A stretch of DNA of 64,000 nucleotides from Aigarchaeota archaeon (GTDB taxonomy: Archaea; Thermoproteota; Nitrososphaeria_A; Caldarchaeales; Calditenuaceae): the NCBI GenBank assembly GCA_025059745.1, contig JANXDH010000005.1, forward strand, positions 77,150 through 141,149, in the 5' to 3' direction. The translations under genes were made by a program, and so were the position numbers. Shown here in pieces: positions 29,030-37,178 of this stretch; positions within the stretch are counted from its first letter, which is position 1; every line of letters starts with the position of its first letter. The notes under the pieces were generated by a model. It was not told where the DNA came from. It saw only the letters and a list, made by a program, of their open reading frames with translations, and ran no database searches.

Positions 29030-29203
29030 TCACTCACCCCAGTCTTCAGAGATCCCCTCTGCAAGCCTTAACTTCTTCTTCCCCTCCTCTACGTACACCT
29101 CGACCTGTGCTCCACAGGCATCATGCTCAAATAACTCACCGTCGAGAGCGTCGTCGGGTATCTCAACGGTGGAACTGCAGAGTGGGCAGATTAACTTGAC
29201 CAA
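29030..29203 (-). CDS. lysW: Amino-group carrier protein LysW (57 aa); not in the supplied ORF track
   Basis: Hand translation: MVKLICPLCSSTVEIPDDALDGELFEHDACGAQVEVYVEEGKKKLRLAEGISEDWGE*. Zinc-ribbon CxxC, acidic globular tail and the conserved C-terminal EDWGE. TTG start preceded by GGTGGTGA. Confidence 0.85.
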   Translation of the reverse strand: MVKLICPLCSSTVEIPDDALDGELFEHDACGAQVEVYVEEGKKKLRLAEGISEDWGE

Positions 29204-29326
29204 CGCATCACCACCTTTTAGCGATAAGAAGATAGAGATAGATTTATTTTAGTATTTAATCCCATAAAATTTCAAATCATTAGTTTAACAATTGTCCATT
29301 TAAAGTTAGTTAATAGAATAACGTCC

Positions 29327-30124
29327 TTAACGAACGAGGGTGCCCCTCGACCCATCGAGTGCAGAGAGAGGATCAGGTATCGTGCCGTTGGAGATTATGG
29401 CGCTTGCAACCCCGGACTTTACGGCCCTCGCGGCCAGCATCAGTTTCCTGTTCATACCGGGTCCTATCTTTGAGGCTATCTCCAACCCCTGATCCGGGTT
29501 CAGCGTGCCGAGCAACCTATCCTCGTAGTAGACCCCCTCGACGTCTGTGAGGAAGAGCAGCCTCTCTGCCCGCAACTCGACCGCTATCGCGGCGGCCGCA
29601 GAGTCTCCGTCTACGTTCAGGGCCTCTCCCTCGGTCCCTGTAGCGACGGGTGCAACTACTACCACGTAACCCTCCTCGAGCAACCGTGAGACTAGACCCG
29701 TCTTCACGGACACTATCTGACCAGTATAACCCCCCTCTATGACCCTCTTACGACCCCTCTCATCGACGATCACTATCTTCTTCTTCCTCTCGGCCAGTAG
29801 GGTAGGGCCATCGATGCCCGATATGCCGACTGAGTTGGCCCCGAACCTATTAATTGCAGAGACCACCTCCTTGTTGATCTTGCCGCACATGACCATGACG
29901 TAGACCTCGAGTTCATCGAGGTCCGTGTACCTACTCCTTATACCGGTGGGTGACGTTACGAACTTCGGCTCAATACCGAGTCTCGAGGAGTACTCCGAGA
30001 CCAGATCCCCGCCTCCGTGAACGAAGACGATCCCCCCCAACGTCTTGGCCCTTGAGGCTATGCTGTTGGCTATGCCCGTGATATTGCTCAGGAGAGCCCT
30101 CCCACCGGCCTTGACGACTATCAT
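29327..30124 (-). CDS. lysZ: [LysW]-aminoadipate/[LysW]-glutamate kinase (acetylglutamate kinase family)
   Basis: AAK-family motifs (VVKAGG, FVHGGG). Cluster context. Confidence 0.85.
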   Translation of the reverse strand: MIVVKAGGRALLSNITGIANSIASRAKTLGGIVFVHGGGDLVSEYSSRLGIEPKFVTSPTGIRSRYTDLDELEVYVMVMCGKINKEVVSAINRFGANSVGISGIDGPTLLAERKKKIVIVDERGRKRVIEGGYTGQIVSVKTGLVSRLLEEGYVVVVAPVATGTEGEALNVDGDSAAAAIAVELRAERLLFLTDVEGVYYEDRLLGTLNPDQGLEIASKIGPGMNRKLMLAARAVKSGVASAIISNGTIPDPLSALDGSRGTLVR

Positions 30125-30133
30125 GACCGTTAC

Positions 30134-31189
30134 CTAGATGGGGCTTATGGGCGGACTCATCAGTCCGGTCACTTCGTCTAAACCGAGCATAATGTTCATG
30201 CACTGGACTGCCTGCCCGGCCGCTCCCTTCATCAGGTTATCGATGGCTCCGAAGAGCGCGCCCCTCATGATCCTGCCCTCGACCGCGAAACCTATGTCAC
30301 AGAAGTTACTGCCCAGGACATACTTAGGATCGGGATACCTCATGACGCCGCCCCTCACGATCCTGACGAAGGGCTCCTTACCGTAGTACCTCGCGTAGGA
30401 CCTCCATATGGTCTGCTCCTCGACACCCTCATTCAGCCACACGTGGGCTGTTGCCAGCACACCCCTGACGCTACCGACCGCGTGCGGGACCATGGCCACC
30501 CTCAACCCGTCACCGGCGAACTCGATCAACTCCTGCTCCACCTCCGCGACGTGTCTGTGCCCCTCCGCCTCATACGGCCTCATCACGTTCGCCCTCTCTG
30601 GGTGATGGGATCCGGGGGCCGGTTTACGTCCCGCCTCGCTACTCCCGACCTTTACGTCGACCGCGACCCTCCCCGCCTCTACCAGCCTATCTCTCAATAC
30701 GGGCATGAGCGTGAGGATCGTAGCAGTCGAGTTGCACCCCGGACATGCCACCAAATCAACCCCCCTTATCCGGTCTCTGTGGAGTTCAGGCAACCCATAG
30801 ACCCTCCTCTCTAATAGATCTCGATGGGGGTGCTCGCGTCCGTACCACTTCTGATACTGTTCAGGGTCCCTCAGCCTGAAATCAGGACCGAGATCTATCA
30901 CCCTCATCCCCACCTCTATCAGCCTTGGGACTATCTCGAGACTGGCCCCCGCGGGTAGGTTGGTGAAGACTATATCAGCCTTGTCCGATATCCTGTCGAC
31001 GTCCACCTCCCCGAACTTCAGGTTAGAGTAGAACCCCCTGAGGTTGGGGTGTACCCACCCTATGTACTTCCCCAGATACTCTCTCGACGTAGCATGGACC
31101 AGTTCGACGTTGCCGTGAGTCGCTAGGACCCTCAACAACTCACCGCCCGTGTAACCAGAGGCGCCTATGACCGCGACCTTTATGGTCAC
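30134..31189 (-). CDS. lysY: [LysW]-aminoadipyl/glutamyl-phosphate reductase (ArgC family)
   Basis: VAVIGASGYTGGELLR and the catalytic PGCNSTA motif. Confidence 0.88.
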   Translation of the reverse strand: MTIKVAVIGASGYTGGELLRVLATHGNVELVHATSREYLGKYIGWVHPNLRGFYSNLKFGEVDVDRISDKADIVFTNLPAGASLEIVPRLIEVGMRVIDLGPDFRLRDPEQYQKWYGREHPHRDLLERRVYGLPELHRDRIRGVDLVACPGCNSTATILTLMPVLRDRLVEAGRVAVDVKVGSSEAGRKPAPGSHHPERANVMRPYEAEGHRHVAEVEQELIEFAGDGLRVAMVPHAVGSVRGVLATAHVWLNEGVEEQTIWRSYARYYGKEPFVRIVRGGVMRYPDPKYVLGSNFCDIGFAVEGRIMRGALFGAIDNLMKGAAGQAVQCMNIMLGLDEVTGLMSPPISPI

Positions 31190-32046
31190 TTCCTCACCTC
31201 GCTCCTCACGAACTTGGCGACCTCATCCGCTACGTCTATACCCGTCGCCTCCATGAAACCCTTGAACTCCGGTACACCGTTCACCTCGTTGACGTAGTAT
31301 GTCCCGTCTCCCTCGAGGAGGTCGACCGAGACGAACGCGCCGTTAACGACCTCGGCCGCTTTGATGATGGCCTCCTTCAGTTCAGGGTCCATCTTCTTGT
31401 AGGCCGGCTTGCTACCCAGAGCTATATTAGAGCGCCACTCCCCGGCGGTGCTAACCCTGTATATCGCACCTAAGACGTTCTCTCCCACCACTATCGCCCT
31501 TATGTCGCGCCCCTCACCCTCTATGTAGTCCTGGAGTATGTGGACCCTGAGCTGCTGGCTGGAGAGCATCTCCCTGTGTTCTAGTATGCTTCTCCACACT
31601 ATGGGATCGCTGATCAGCGTTACCAACCTACCCCAGCTCCCTATCGGGGGTTTATCTACGAAGGGCTTTTTGAAGGACTTCTGTGCGGCCTCGGCTGACT
31701 CCTTACCCATGGCCACCACGCTCCTCGGTATATTCAGACCGACCTTCTTTATCCTGCTGAGCGTCAGGATCTTATCGCCGCAGAGCAATATCGTCTCAGA
31801 GTTGTTGACCGTGTAGGTGCCCCCCGACTCCCTCACGGCCGCCGCATAGATCGCCTTGTACATCGATATCGTCCTGATCAGTGAGATATCGGATGCCTTC
31901 TCACCCAGCTGGAGAGGTCTGTTGTTGACGTTAGTCATCATCACCCTCATGTCGTACCTCTTCAACCGTTCCATGATCAGCTTCTCCTCTAATCTCGGGT
32001 AGTCGTAGAGCAGCTCGACGTTTACAGTATCTGCCGATCCGTTCAA
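31186..32046 (-). CDS. argX: Second RimK-type ATP-grasp ligase, candidate LysW--glutamate ligase
   Basis: Paralogue of the 28162..29013 ligase. First gene of the lysY-lysZ unit. The ArgX versus LysX assignment is an inference from gene position only. Confidence 0.6.
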   Translation of the reverse strand: MNGSADTVNVELLYDYPRLEEKLIMERLKRYDMRVMMTNVNNRPLQLGEKASDISLIRTISMYKAIYAAAVRESGGTYTVNNSETILLCGDKILTLSRIKKVGLNIPRSVVAMGKESAEAAQKSFKKPFVDKPPIGSWGRLVTLISDPIVWRSILEHREMLSSQQLRVHILQDYIEGEGRDIRAIVVGENVLGAIYRVSTAGEWRSNIALGSKPAYKKMDPELKEAIIKAAEVVNGAFVSVDLLEGDGTYYVNEVNGVPEFKGFMEATGIDVADEVAKFVRSEVRK

Positions 32047-32172
32047 TCTTACTAAACCTTGCTATCTCTCACCTAAATATATACTAGTCAGGATGTGACT
32101 TCCCCTAAAGACTCTTAAAACATAGAATTAACCGAGGGAAGCGTCTTGGACTGCTTAACGATGGGACGGTCG

Positions 32173-32823
32173 TTAGCTACTCTCGAGGAAGTGACCAGCG
32201 AGCTCCTCTGCCCTCTTCAGGTCCTCGGAGGTGTTCACGTTGACCGCGAACCCCGGGTGATCGATGATCCGAATTTTCGGCCCTCTCAGGACGCTCCATA
32301 CTCTGATCTGCGATGAGACTCGTATCATCCTGAGGCCTGTGGGTATGAAGCAACCCCAACTGGTCTTGATCTTCGTCGCCGAACCCGTCGGCATCCCTAA
32401 CCTAGTGACTAACTCCTCGGGAACGACGACCAGCACGTAATCAAAATCTAGGGGCCCGCCCTCTCTATGGTCTGCGAGTAGAGAGTCGACGGTCGACACG
32501 TCTATGAAGGGCACATCGGCTGAGAAGGTCGCGTAGAGGCCTTCTCCGAGCGACTCGAGCACGGACCTCAGGTCCTCTAGGTAACCAGTACCCTTCGTCT
32601 CTACGACCTCGTATCCAAGTCTCTGGACCAACCTCCTCGTCTCATTCGTATGTGGGCTGGTCACGCAGATCATCCTTGAGAGAGATTTTGACGACCGAAT
32701 CCTCTCCAGCACGTGCTCTATTAGCGTCTTACCCCGAATGGTCAGTAGTGGCTTCTCAACCGCGAGCCCCATCCTGCTCCCCCTTCCTCCGGCCATTACG
32801 AGCCCAACGTGTCTAGCGGTCAT
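32173..32823 (-). CDS. MobA/CobY-like nucleotidyltransferase (possibly adenosylcobinamide-phosphate guanylyltransferase)
   Basis: N-terminal LVMAGGRGSRMG..EKPLL NTP-transferase motif. Size and layout resemble archaeal CobY. Confidence 0.55.
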   Translation of the reverse strand: MTARHVGLVMAGGRGSRMGLAVEKPLLTIRGKTLIEHVLERIRSSKSLSRMICVTSPHTNETRRLVQRLGYEVVETKGTGYLEDLRSVLESLGEGLYATFSADVPFIDVSTVDSLLADHREGGPLDFDYVLVVVPEELVTRLGMPTGSATKIKTSWGCFIPTGLRMIRVSSQIRVWSVLRGPKIRIIDHPGFAVNVNTSEDLKRAEELAGHFLESS

Positions 32824-32904
32824 AAGCCCTGCATTACTGGATGAATGCCGTGTAGCGTGGAGATAACTGTTATCGGATCTTATATAGGTAGGAGGGATAG
32901 CTTG

Positions 32905-32928
32905 GTCGACTGCGTTGACAGCGTCGAC
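32905..32928. promoter_or_regulatory. Imperfect palindrome GTCGAC-TGCGTTGACAGC-GTCGAC upstream of the protoglobin gene
   Basis: Two GTCGAC arms plus GC:GC, lying between a TATATA box (about 32880) and a TTTAAA box (about 32935), 36 nt before the ATG. Confidence 0.25.
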
Positions 32929-32963
32929 ATAGTGATTTAAACGACTACTTAAAAAGGAATCTC

Positions 32964-33557
32964 ATGAGCAGAGTCTCCATACCTGGCTACAAGATGGGAT
33001 CGCCTGAATTGAAGAGGTACCCGATCTCGGATAAAGAGTTCGAGGAACTGAAGAAGTCCGTTATGATAACAGACGAGGACGTTAAGTACCTCGCTATGGC
33101 TGGCGACGTCCTCAGAGACCAGATAAACGACGTGCTGGACCTCTGGTACGGATGGGTGGGCTCCAACCCTCACTTACTCTACTACTTCACCGATAAGAAC
33201 ACAAACGCGCCGATAAAGGACTACCTGGAGGCAGTGAGGAAGAGGTTCGGGCAGTGGATACTCGACCTATGCTACAGGGGCTTCGATAGGACTTGGCTAG
33301 ATTACCAGCTCGAGATAGGTCTCAGACATCACAGGTCGAAGAAGAACAGGACCGATAACGTGAACAGCGTCGATCACATACCTCTGAGGTACGTGGTCGC
33401 GTTCATCTACCCCATCAGCGCGACGATAAAACCGTTCTTGGGTAAGAAGGGTCACAGACCTGATGAGGTCGAGAGGATGTTTCAGGCGTGGTTCAAGGCT
33501 GTGGTGCTCTCGGTCGCCCTCTGGAGCTACCCGTACGCAAGGGAGGGTGACTGGTGA
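32964..33557 (+). CDS. Protoglobin (single-domain haem globin of the globin-coupled-sensor lineage)
   Basis: From memory, near-colinear with Methanosarcina acetivorans and Aeropyrum pernix protoglobins: IPGY.., FEELK.SV, DLWYGWVGSNPHLLYYF, AVRKRF..WILD, WLDYQLEIGLRHHRSKKN.TDNV, RY.VAFIYPI.ATIKPFL..KGH.P.EVE.M.QAWFKA..L.VALWSYPY. Confidence 0.88.
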   Translation: MSRVSIPGYKMGSPELKRYPISDKEFEELKKSVMITDEDVKYLAMAGDVLRDQINDVLDLWYGWVGSNPHLLYYFTDKNTNAPIKDYLEAVRKRFGQWILDLCYRGFDRTWLDYQLEIGLRHHRSKKNRTDNVNSVDHIPLRYVVAFIYPISATIKPFLGKKGHRPDEVERMFQAWFKAVVLSVALWSYPYAREGDW

Positions 33558-33566
33558 ACCTCAGCT

Positions 33567-33755
33567 CTAGCGCAACAGATCTATCGTCCGGGTTGCTTTG
33601 AGAGCGTTCCATTCCTGATAGTTGTTGTTGAAGAGGTCGCAGAGGAACCTCAGCGTATCGCAGAACGTGAGGTGTCTCCCAGTCATCTCCTCCAGTCTAG
33701 CCTTCACGCGTACTATCTCCGCGTACGTCCGGTCGCTAACCCTTATCTGGGCCAT
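33567..33755 (-). CDS. Small ribbon-helix-helix-like protein (62 aa)
   Basis: N-terminal beta-strand then helix pattern (IRVSDRTYAEIVRVKARLEEMTG..). No partner toxin gene seen. Confidence 0.4.
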   Translation of the reverse strand: MAQIRVSDRTYAEIVRVKARLEEMTGRHLTFCDTLRFLCDLFNNNYQEWNALKATRTIDLLR

Positions 33756-34028
33756 CTCGGGTGAACCGAGGTCTCACTCGTATATCAGCATTAACTGACA
33801 TAATGTTACCTGGGTGCAGACTTCTCGGAGGAGCATGAGTGGGTGAGGTAGACTGAGATACGTACTTTAAGTTCACGAACGCTGCTGAGATGTGCTCTCG
33901 GTGACGTCGCTATCGTCAACACAAGAGCTTACGCAAGTGAACCAGAGGGATACCGTGAACCCATTGTAGTTCTCAGGTACTATTGCTGCTTGAGTCACCC
34001 TCCTCCAGGTGGGTGCGGAACTGACACC

Positions 34029-34280
34029 CTATATGATCTGAGTGGGAATTTGCCTCTCCGTCCCTGCACGATCGCGGACGAAGAGATTGAACGATATTAC
34101 GTACTCGACGTTATTGACGACCTGTCTCATCTTGTAATAGAAGCTGAAGACGATGGTGTCTCCTGTCCAGTCGGCGCGTCTGTGGAGTGCCGTGTAACTA
34201 CCCAACAAGAAACCTGCTAAGATCGATGAGATGACCAAGAGAACTGAGAGGCCTCTCCTCACGGAGAGTGACCGAGTCAT
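34029..34280 (-). pseudogene. Type IV pilin-like (class III signal peptide) protein, ending at an in-frame TAG with about 51 further in-frame codons to 33873
   Basis: MTRSLSVRRG|LSVLLVISSILAGFLLG fits the archaeal prepilin peptidase site ([KR]G, then L/S, then a hydrophobic helix). After the TAG at 34029-34031 the same frame stays open: GVSSAPTWRRVTQAAIVPENYNGFTVSLWFTCVSSCVDD... Confidence 0.35.
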
Positions 34281-34414
34281 TCGTTGCTTGGAGCTAAATC
34301 GCTGACAGAGTTGAGCCATATGACGGTGATGGAAAGGCTCGTCTCCCCCCGCACCTCGAGAACCCTCTGAACAATTACTCAGTATTTCGTAGCAGTAAAG
34401 ACCATCGAGAGATC

Positions 34415-34734
34415 GGGGCGTCCGGTCAGTAGCCCTCCTTCTGTTCTAGGCGGGATCTGTCTTCTCGGCTCGCTCTCGCCTCGTCAGCGACTCATAGGCA
34501 GAGGCCCTTTCTCGGTCCGGGTCGCCCGTTTCACCCGTTCTCCTCGGTTCATCGGCGGGTTCACTCAGGTCCGTCGCCGGACCCTTCACCGCTTCACGCT
34601 CATCTCCCGGGGAGTGGTCTCGTTTCTGTTGCGTTGCCGTAGGTCTCCCTACGCACCTCTCGGTGCCGGACCCGCTGAGCGAGGGAGGAACTTCCTCAGG
34701 AGTGTTCCCCGAGACCCGCCCGACCGGTCGCCCC
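34415..34734 (-). ncRNA. rnpB: RNase P RNA (archaeal type A-like)
   Basis: P1: GGGGCGACCGG pairs with CCGGACGCCCC. P2: GGGCGGG pairs with CCCGCCU. CR-I: GAGGAAGUUCCUCC. CR-V: ACAGAAGGAGGGCUAC. The last two form P4 with the conserved bulged U. AGAUGA and GUGAAAC internal motifs are also present. Only spurious ORFs cover this region. Confidence 0.82.
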
Positions 34735-34754
34735 AACCCAGATATGCGACCGCC

Positions 34755-35702
34755 CTAAATATCAGCTTTTTTGGACTGGAGCTGGGTTGAGGGGTCACAA
34801 CTGGCGCCCAGCTCGGTGACTTCCTGAGAAACATCCTCCTGCCTGATCTCCGTGATGGAACTGATAACCTGCCCTTTCCTGGGCACGGTCCTTCCCCTTA
34901 TCACAGCCACTATCTCGGCCATTATGGAGAGCGCTATCTCTTCTGGTGTGTACGCACCGATATCGGCTCCGACGGGCGCGCTAATGGACCTGAGGAACTC
35001 CTCGCTAATCCCCTTCTCCCTGAGCATTGCGAAGTCGTGCTCAACCCTCTTCTTGCTAGCGAGAAGACCTATGAAGCCGGGCCTGGTGTCGGATAGGGCC
35101 TCTAAGACCTTCAGGTCCATGGCACCCTTGGTCAGCACCACCACGAAGTCCTGTTTCGTGAGGTTGAGGTCTCTAAGGTTATATGAGATGTCGCTGATCA
35201 GTTTATCGGGCTGCGTCTGGAGGGCCGGCAGTGGGTCTATGACCCAGACCTCGAACCCGAGTATCTTCCCGAACTTGATCAGGGCCTCCTCCACATCGTC
35301 CTTTCCACCCTGCGCTATCAGCACGAGCCTCTTCGAGGGTAACATCGGCTCGACGAAGATCTCCATCACACCACCACAGAACGTCTCTACGAATATCTCG
35401 TCTTGCGATGTGCTCTTAACCATTCCCCTCAGTGACGACTCGACACTCTCGAGGTATACCCTGACCAACCTCGGTGTACCTGTCTTCATGACCTCCCTCG
35501 CTATCGAGATTATCGGCCCCTCAGGGCAGACTCCTCCCAGAGTCCCGAAGACGATCTCACCCGCGTCGTCTATCACCATCTTGAACCCCGGTTTCCCCAG
35601 AGAGGAACCCTCGATCCTCACGACGGTCGCTATGGCGAGCGGTCTCCTCTCGTGGACGAGTCTCGAGATAGATTCTACGAGACCTGTTGGGCTTAGGGAC
35701 AA
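34755..35702 (-). CDS. XdhC/CoxI-family molybdoenzyme maturation accessory protein
   Basis: N-terminal XdhC_CoxI domain (LAIATVVRIEGSSLGKPGFKM..) and C-terminal Rossmann domain (RLVLIAQGG..). Confidence 0.7.
   Translation of the reverse strand: MSLSPTGLVESISRLVHERRPLAIATVVRIEGSSLGKPGFKMVIDDAGEIVFGTLGGVCPEGPIISIAREVMKTGTPRLVRVYLESVESSLRGMVKSTSQDEIFVETFCGGVMEIFVEPMLPSKRLVLIAQGGKDDVEEALIKFGKILGFEVWVIDPLPALQTQPDKLISDISYNLRDLNLTKQDFVVVLTKGAMDLKVLEALSDTRPGFIGLLASKKRVEHDFAMLREKGISEEFLRSISAPVGADIGAYTPEEIALSIMAEIVAVIRGRTVPRKGQVISSITEIRQEDVSQEVTELGASCDPSTQLQSKKADI
34756..34762 (-). promoter_or_regulatory. Candidate TATA box (ATATTTA) for RNase P RNA, abutting the stop codon of the upstream xdhC-like gene
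   Basis: Lies at about -28 to -22 relative to the first G of the P1 helix; preceded by an A-rich BRE-like stretch. Confidence 0.4.
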
Positions 35703-35768
35703 CTCGTATTATAATTTTCTGATGTCTAATATAAATATTAGGTTGGTCTTTAAATTTCAGGAGAAAAG

Positions 35769-37178
35769 TTGCATAATACCGTGCTCTTGGATTCGACGAT
35801 CAGAGAAGGCGAGTTATACGTTATATTACCAATAGAGAGAAAGGTCGCAGTGGCCGAGTTATTGGCTAATGTAGGAGTGAGGCGCGTCGAGGTCACGGTG
35901 GACTACCCGCCGAGGACCACGCGAGCTGACGTCGAGCCGGTTGTCAGAGCCCTCAAGGACGCTGGGGTCGAGGTGGTCATGCACGGCAGGGCGTATAGGC
36001 AGGACATAGACTCGATAATGAAGTACAACGTGGACGGTGTGGCGGTCTATATGGCCGTATCTCAACTCCACCTAGACCACAAGCTGAAGGGCATCCAGCT
36101 CGAGGAGGCCATCAGCAGGATAACAGAGTCTGTGAGTTACGCCGCGGGACACGGTTTCAAGTACGTGAGGGCCACCCTGGAGGACTTCTCTAGACTCTTC
36201 ATCGAGGGCAAGAATGAGGAGCTGGAGCGGTTGTTCTCATTCACCGATCAGCTCAGATCAGCCGGTGCCACATTGGTGAGCCTCCCTGACACCAGTGGCC
36301 TCATGACGCCAAAGATGGCGGCCGAGTTCACGAGGTACGCGAAGAGCAAATCCAAGCTACCGATAGCCTGCCACTTCCATAACGACTACGGCCACGCCTC
36401 CGCCAATACGGTGATGTCGGTGCTCGAGGGTGCGGACGAGGTCCACGTCAGCATTCTCGGCATAGGCGACAGGAATGGCATCGCGGACCTGTACGAGGTA
36501 GTCGCAGCTCTCCACGACATTCACGGAATCGACTTGGGAGTGGAGAGGGGTGCGTTGAACCACGTCTATCACGAGTTCTCGAAGCTGACGGGCGTGAAGA
36601 TCCCGTGGAGGCATCCGCTCTCAGAGCAGTCCAAGACCGTGAGGGCGGGTGTCCATCAATCTATGGTGATAAAGCGACCAGAGGGGTATGTCCCCTCAAT
36701 GAAGTTGAAGTACGACTACGAGGGCGTGAGGTTCTCCGCGTCTCCTTACGTGAGCCACAAACTCGTAATGGAGGTGCTACGTACAGCCGGCGTGGAGGTC
36801 GATGACCAGACCGGTAGGCAGATAGCCGAGAGCATTGCCACACTCTACCACCAGAAGAGCGGTAGGCTCTCGGTCAGGGACATCACCGAGCTGATGAGGA
36901 GATCGATCGGCGTCGATATAAGAGAGGACTTGGTCGCGAAGTTCTTCGGTGAGGAGCGTGTCTACGTACTTGTAAAGATAGACCCCCAGTATCCGGTCAA
37001 CGAGCTCATAAGAGAGCTGTTATCCTGGGATGACGTCGACTCCGTAGATGAGGTCTACGGTGACGCCGATCTGGTGATCGAGGGGAGACTAAGGTTCGGG
37101 TCAGAGAACTTAGTGGAAAGGATAAGGAAGAGGCTCGGGGCGAATGCGAAAAAGGTCAACGTACTGATCGCTGATTGA
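35769..37178 (+). CDS. Homocitrate synthase-like (HMGL/IPMS family) enzyme with C-terminal RAM (Lrp/AsnC ligand-binding-like) domain
   Basis: TIM-barrel DRE-TIM motifs (DSTIREGE.., CHFHNDYGHA). The last ~80 aa (VYVLVKIDPQYPVNELIRELLSWDDVDSVDEVYGDADLVIEG) look like a RAM domain, as reported for Sulfolobus HCS. TTG start. Confidence 0.7.
   Translation: MHNTVLLDSTIREGELYVILPIERKVAVAELLANVGVRRVEVTVDYPPRTTRADVEPVVRALKDAGVEVVMHGRAYRQDIDSIMKYNVDGVAVYMAVSQLHLDHKLKGIQLEEAISRITESVSYAAGHGFKYVRATLEDFSRLFIEGKNEELERLFSFTDQLRSAGATLVSLPDTSGLMTPKMAAEFTRYAKSKSKLPIACHFHNDYGHASANTVMSVLEGADEVHVSILGIGDRNGIADLYEVVAALHDIHGIDLGVERGALNHVYHEFSKLTGVKIPWRHPLSEQSKTVRAGVHQSMVIKRPEGYVPSMKLKYDYEGVRFSASPYVSHKLVMEVLRTAGVEVDDQTGRQIAESIATLYHQKSGRLSVRDITELMRRSIGVDIREDLVAKFFGEERVYVLVKIDPQYPVNELIRELLSWDDVDSVDEVYGDADLVIEGRLRFGSENLVERIRKRLGANAKKVNVLIAD

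Noticed and set aside
34029-34031. The in-frame TAG in the pilin-like gene as a pyrrolysine codon.
   Set aside because: No pyl genes or methylamine methyltransferase context appear in the window, and the gene set looks like an aerobic non-methanogen. Pseudogenisation or a sequencing error is far more likely.
34446-34834. Minus-strand ORFs 34446..34736 (96 aa) and 34649..34834 (61 aa).
   Set aside because: They overlap the RNase P RNA and the 3' end of the xdhC-like gene. Their low-complexity P/G/R/E composition is an artefact of a structured G+C-rich RNA gene.
34852-35835. 327-aa plus-strand ORF antisense to the XdhC-family gene.
   Set aside because: Ser/Thr/Pro/Leu-rich shadow ORF with no motifs. 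The opposite strand encodes a protein with clear XdhC/CoxI domain features.
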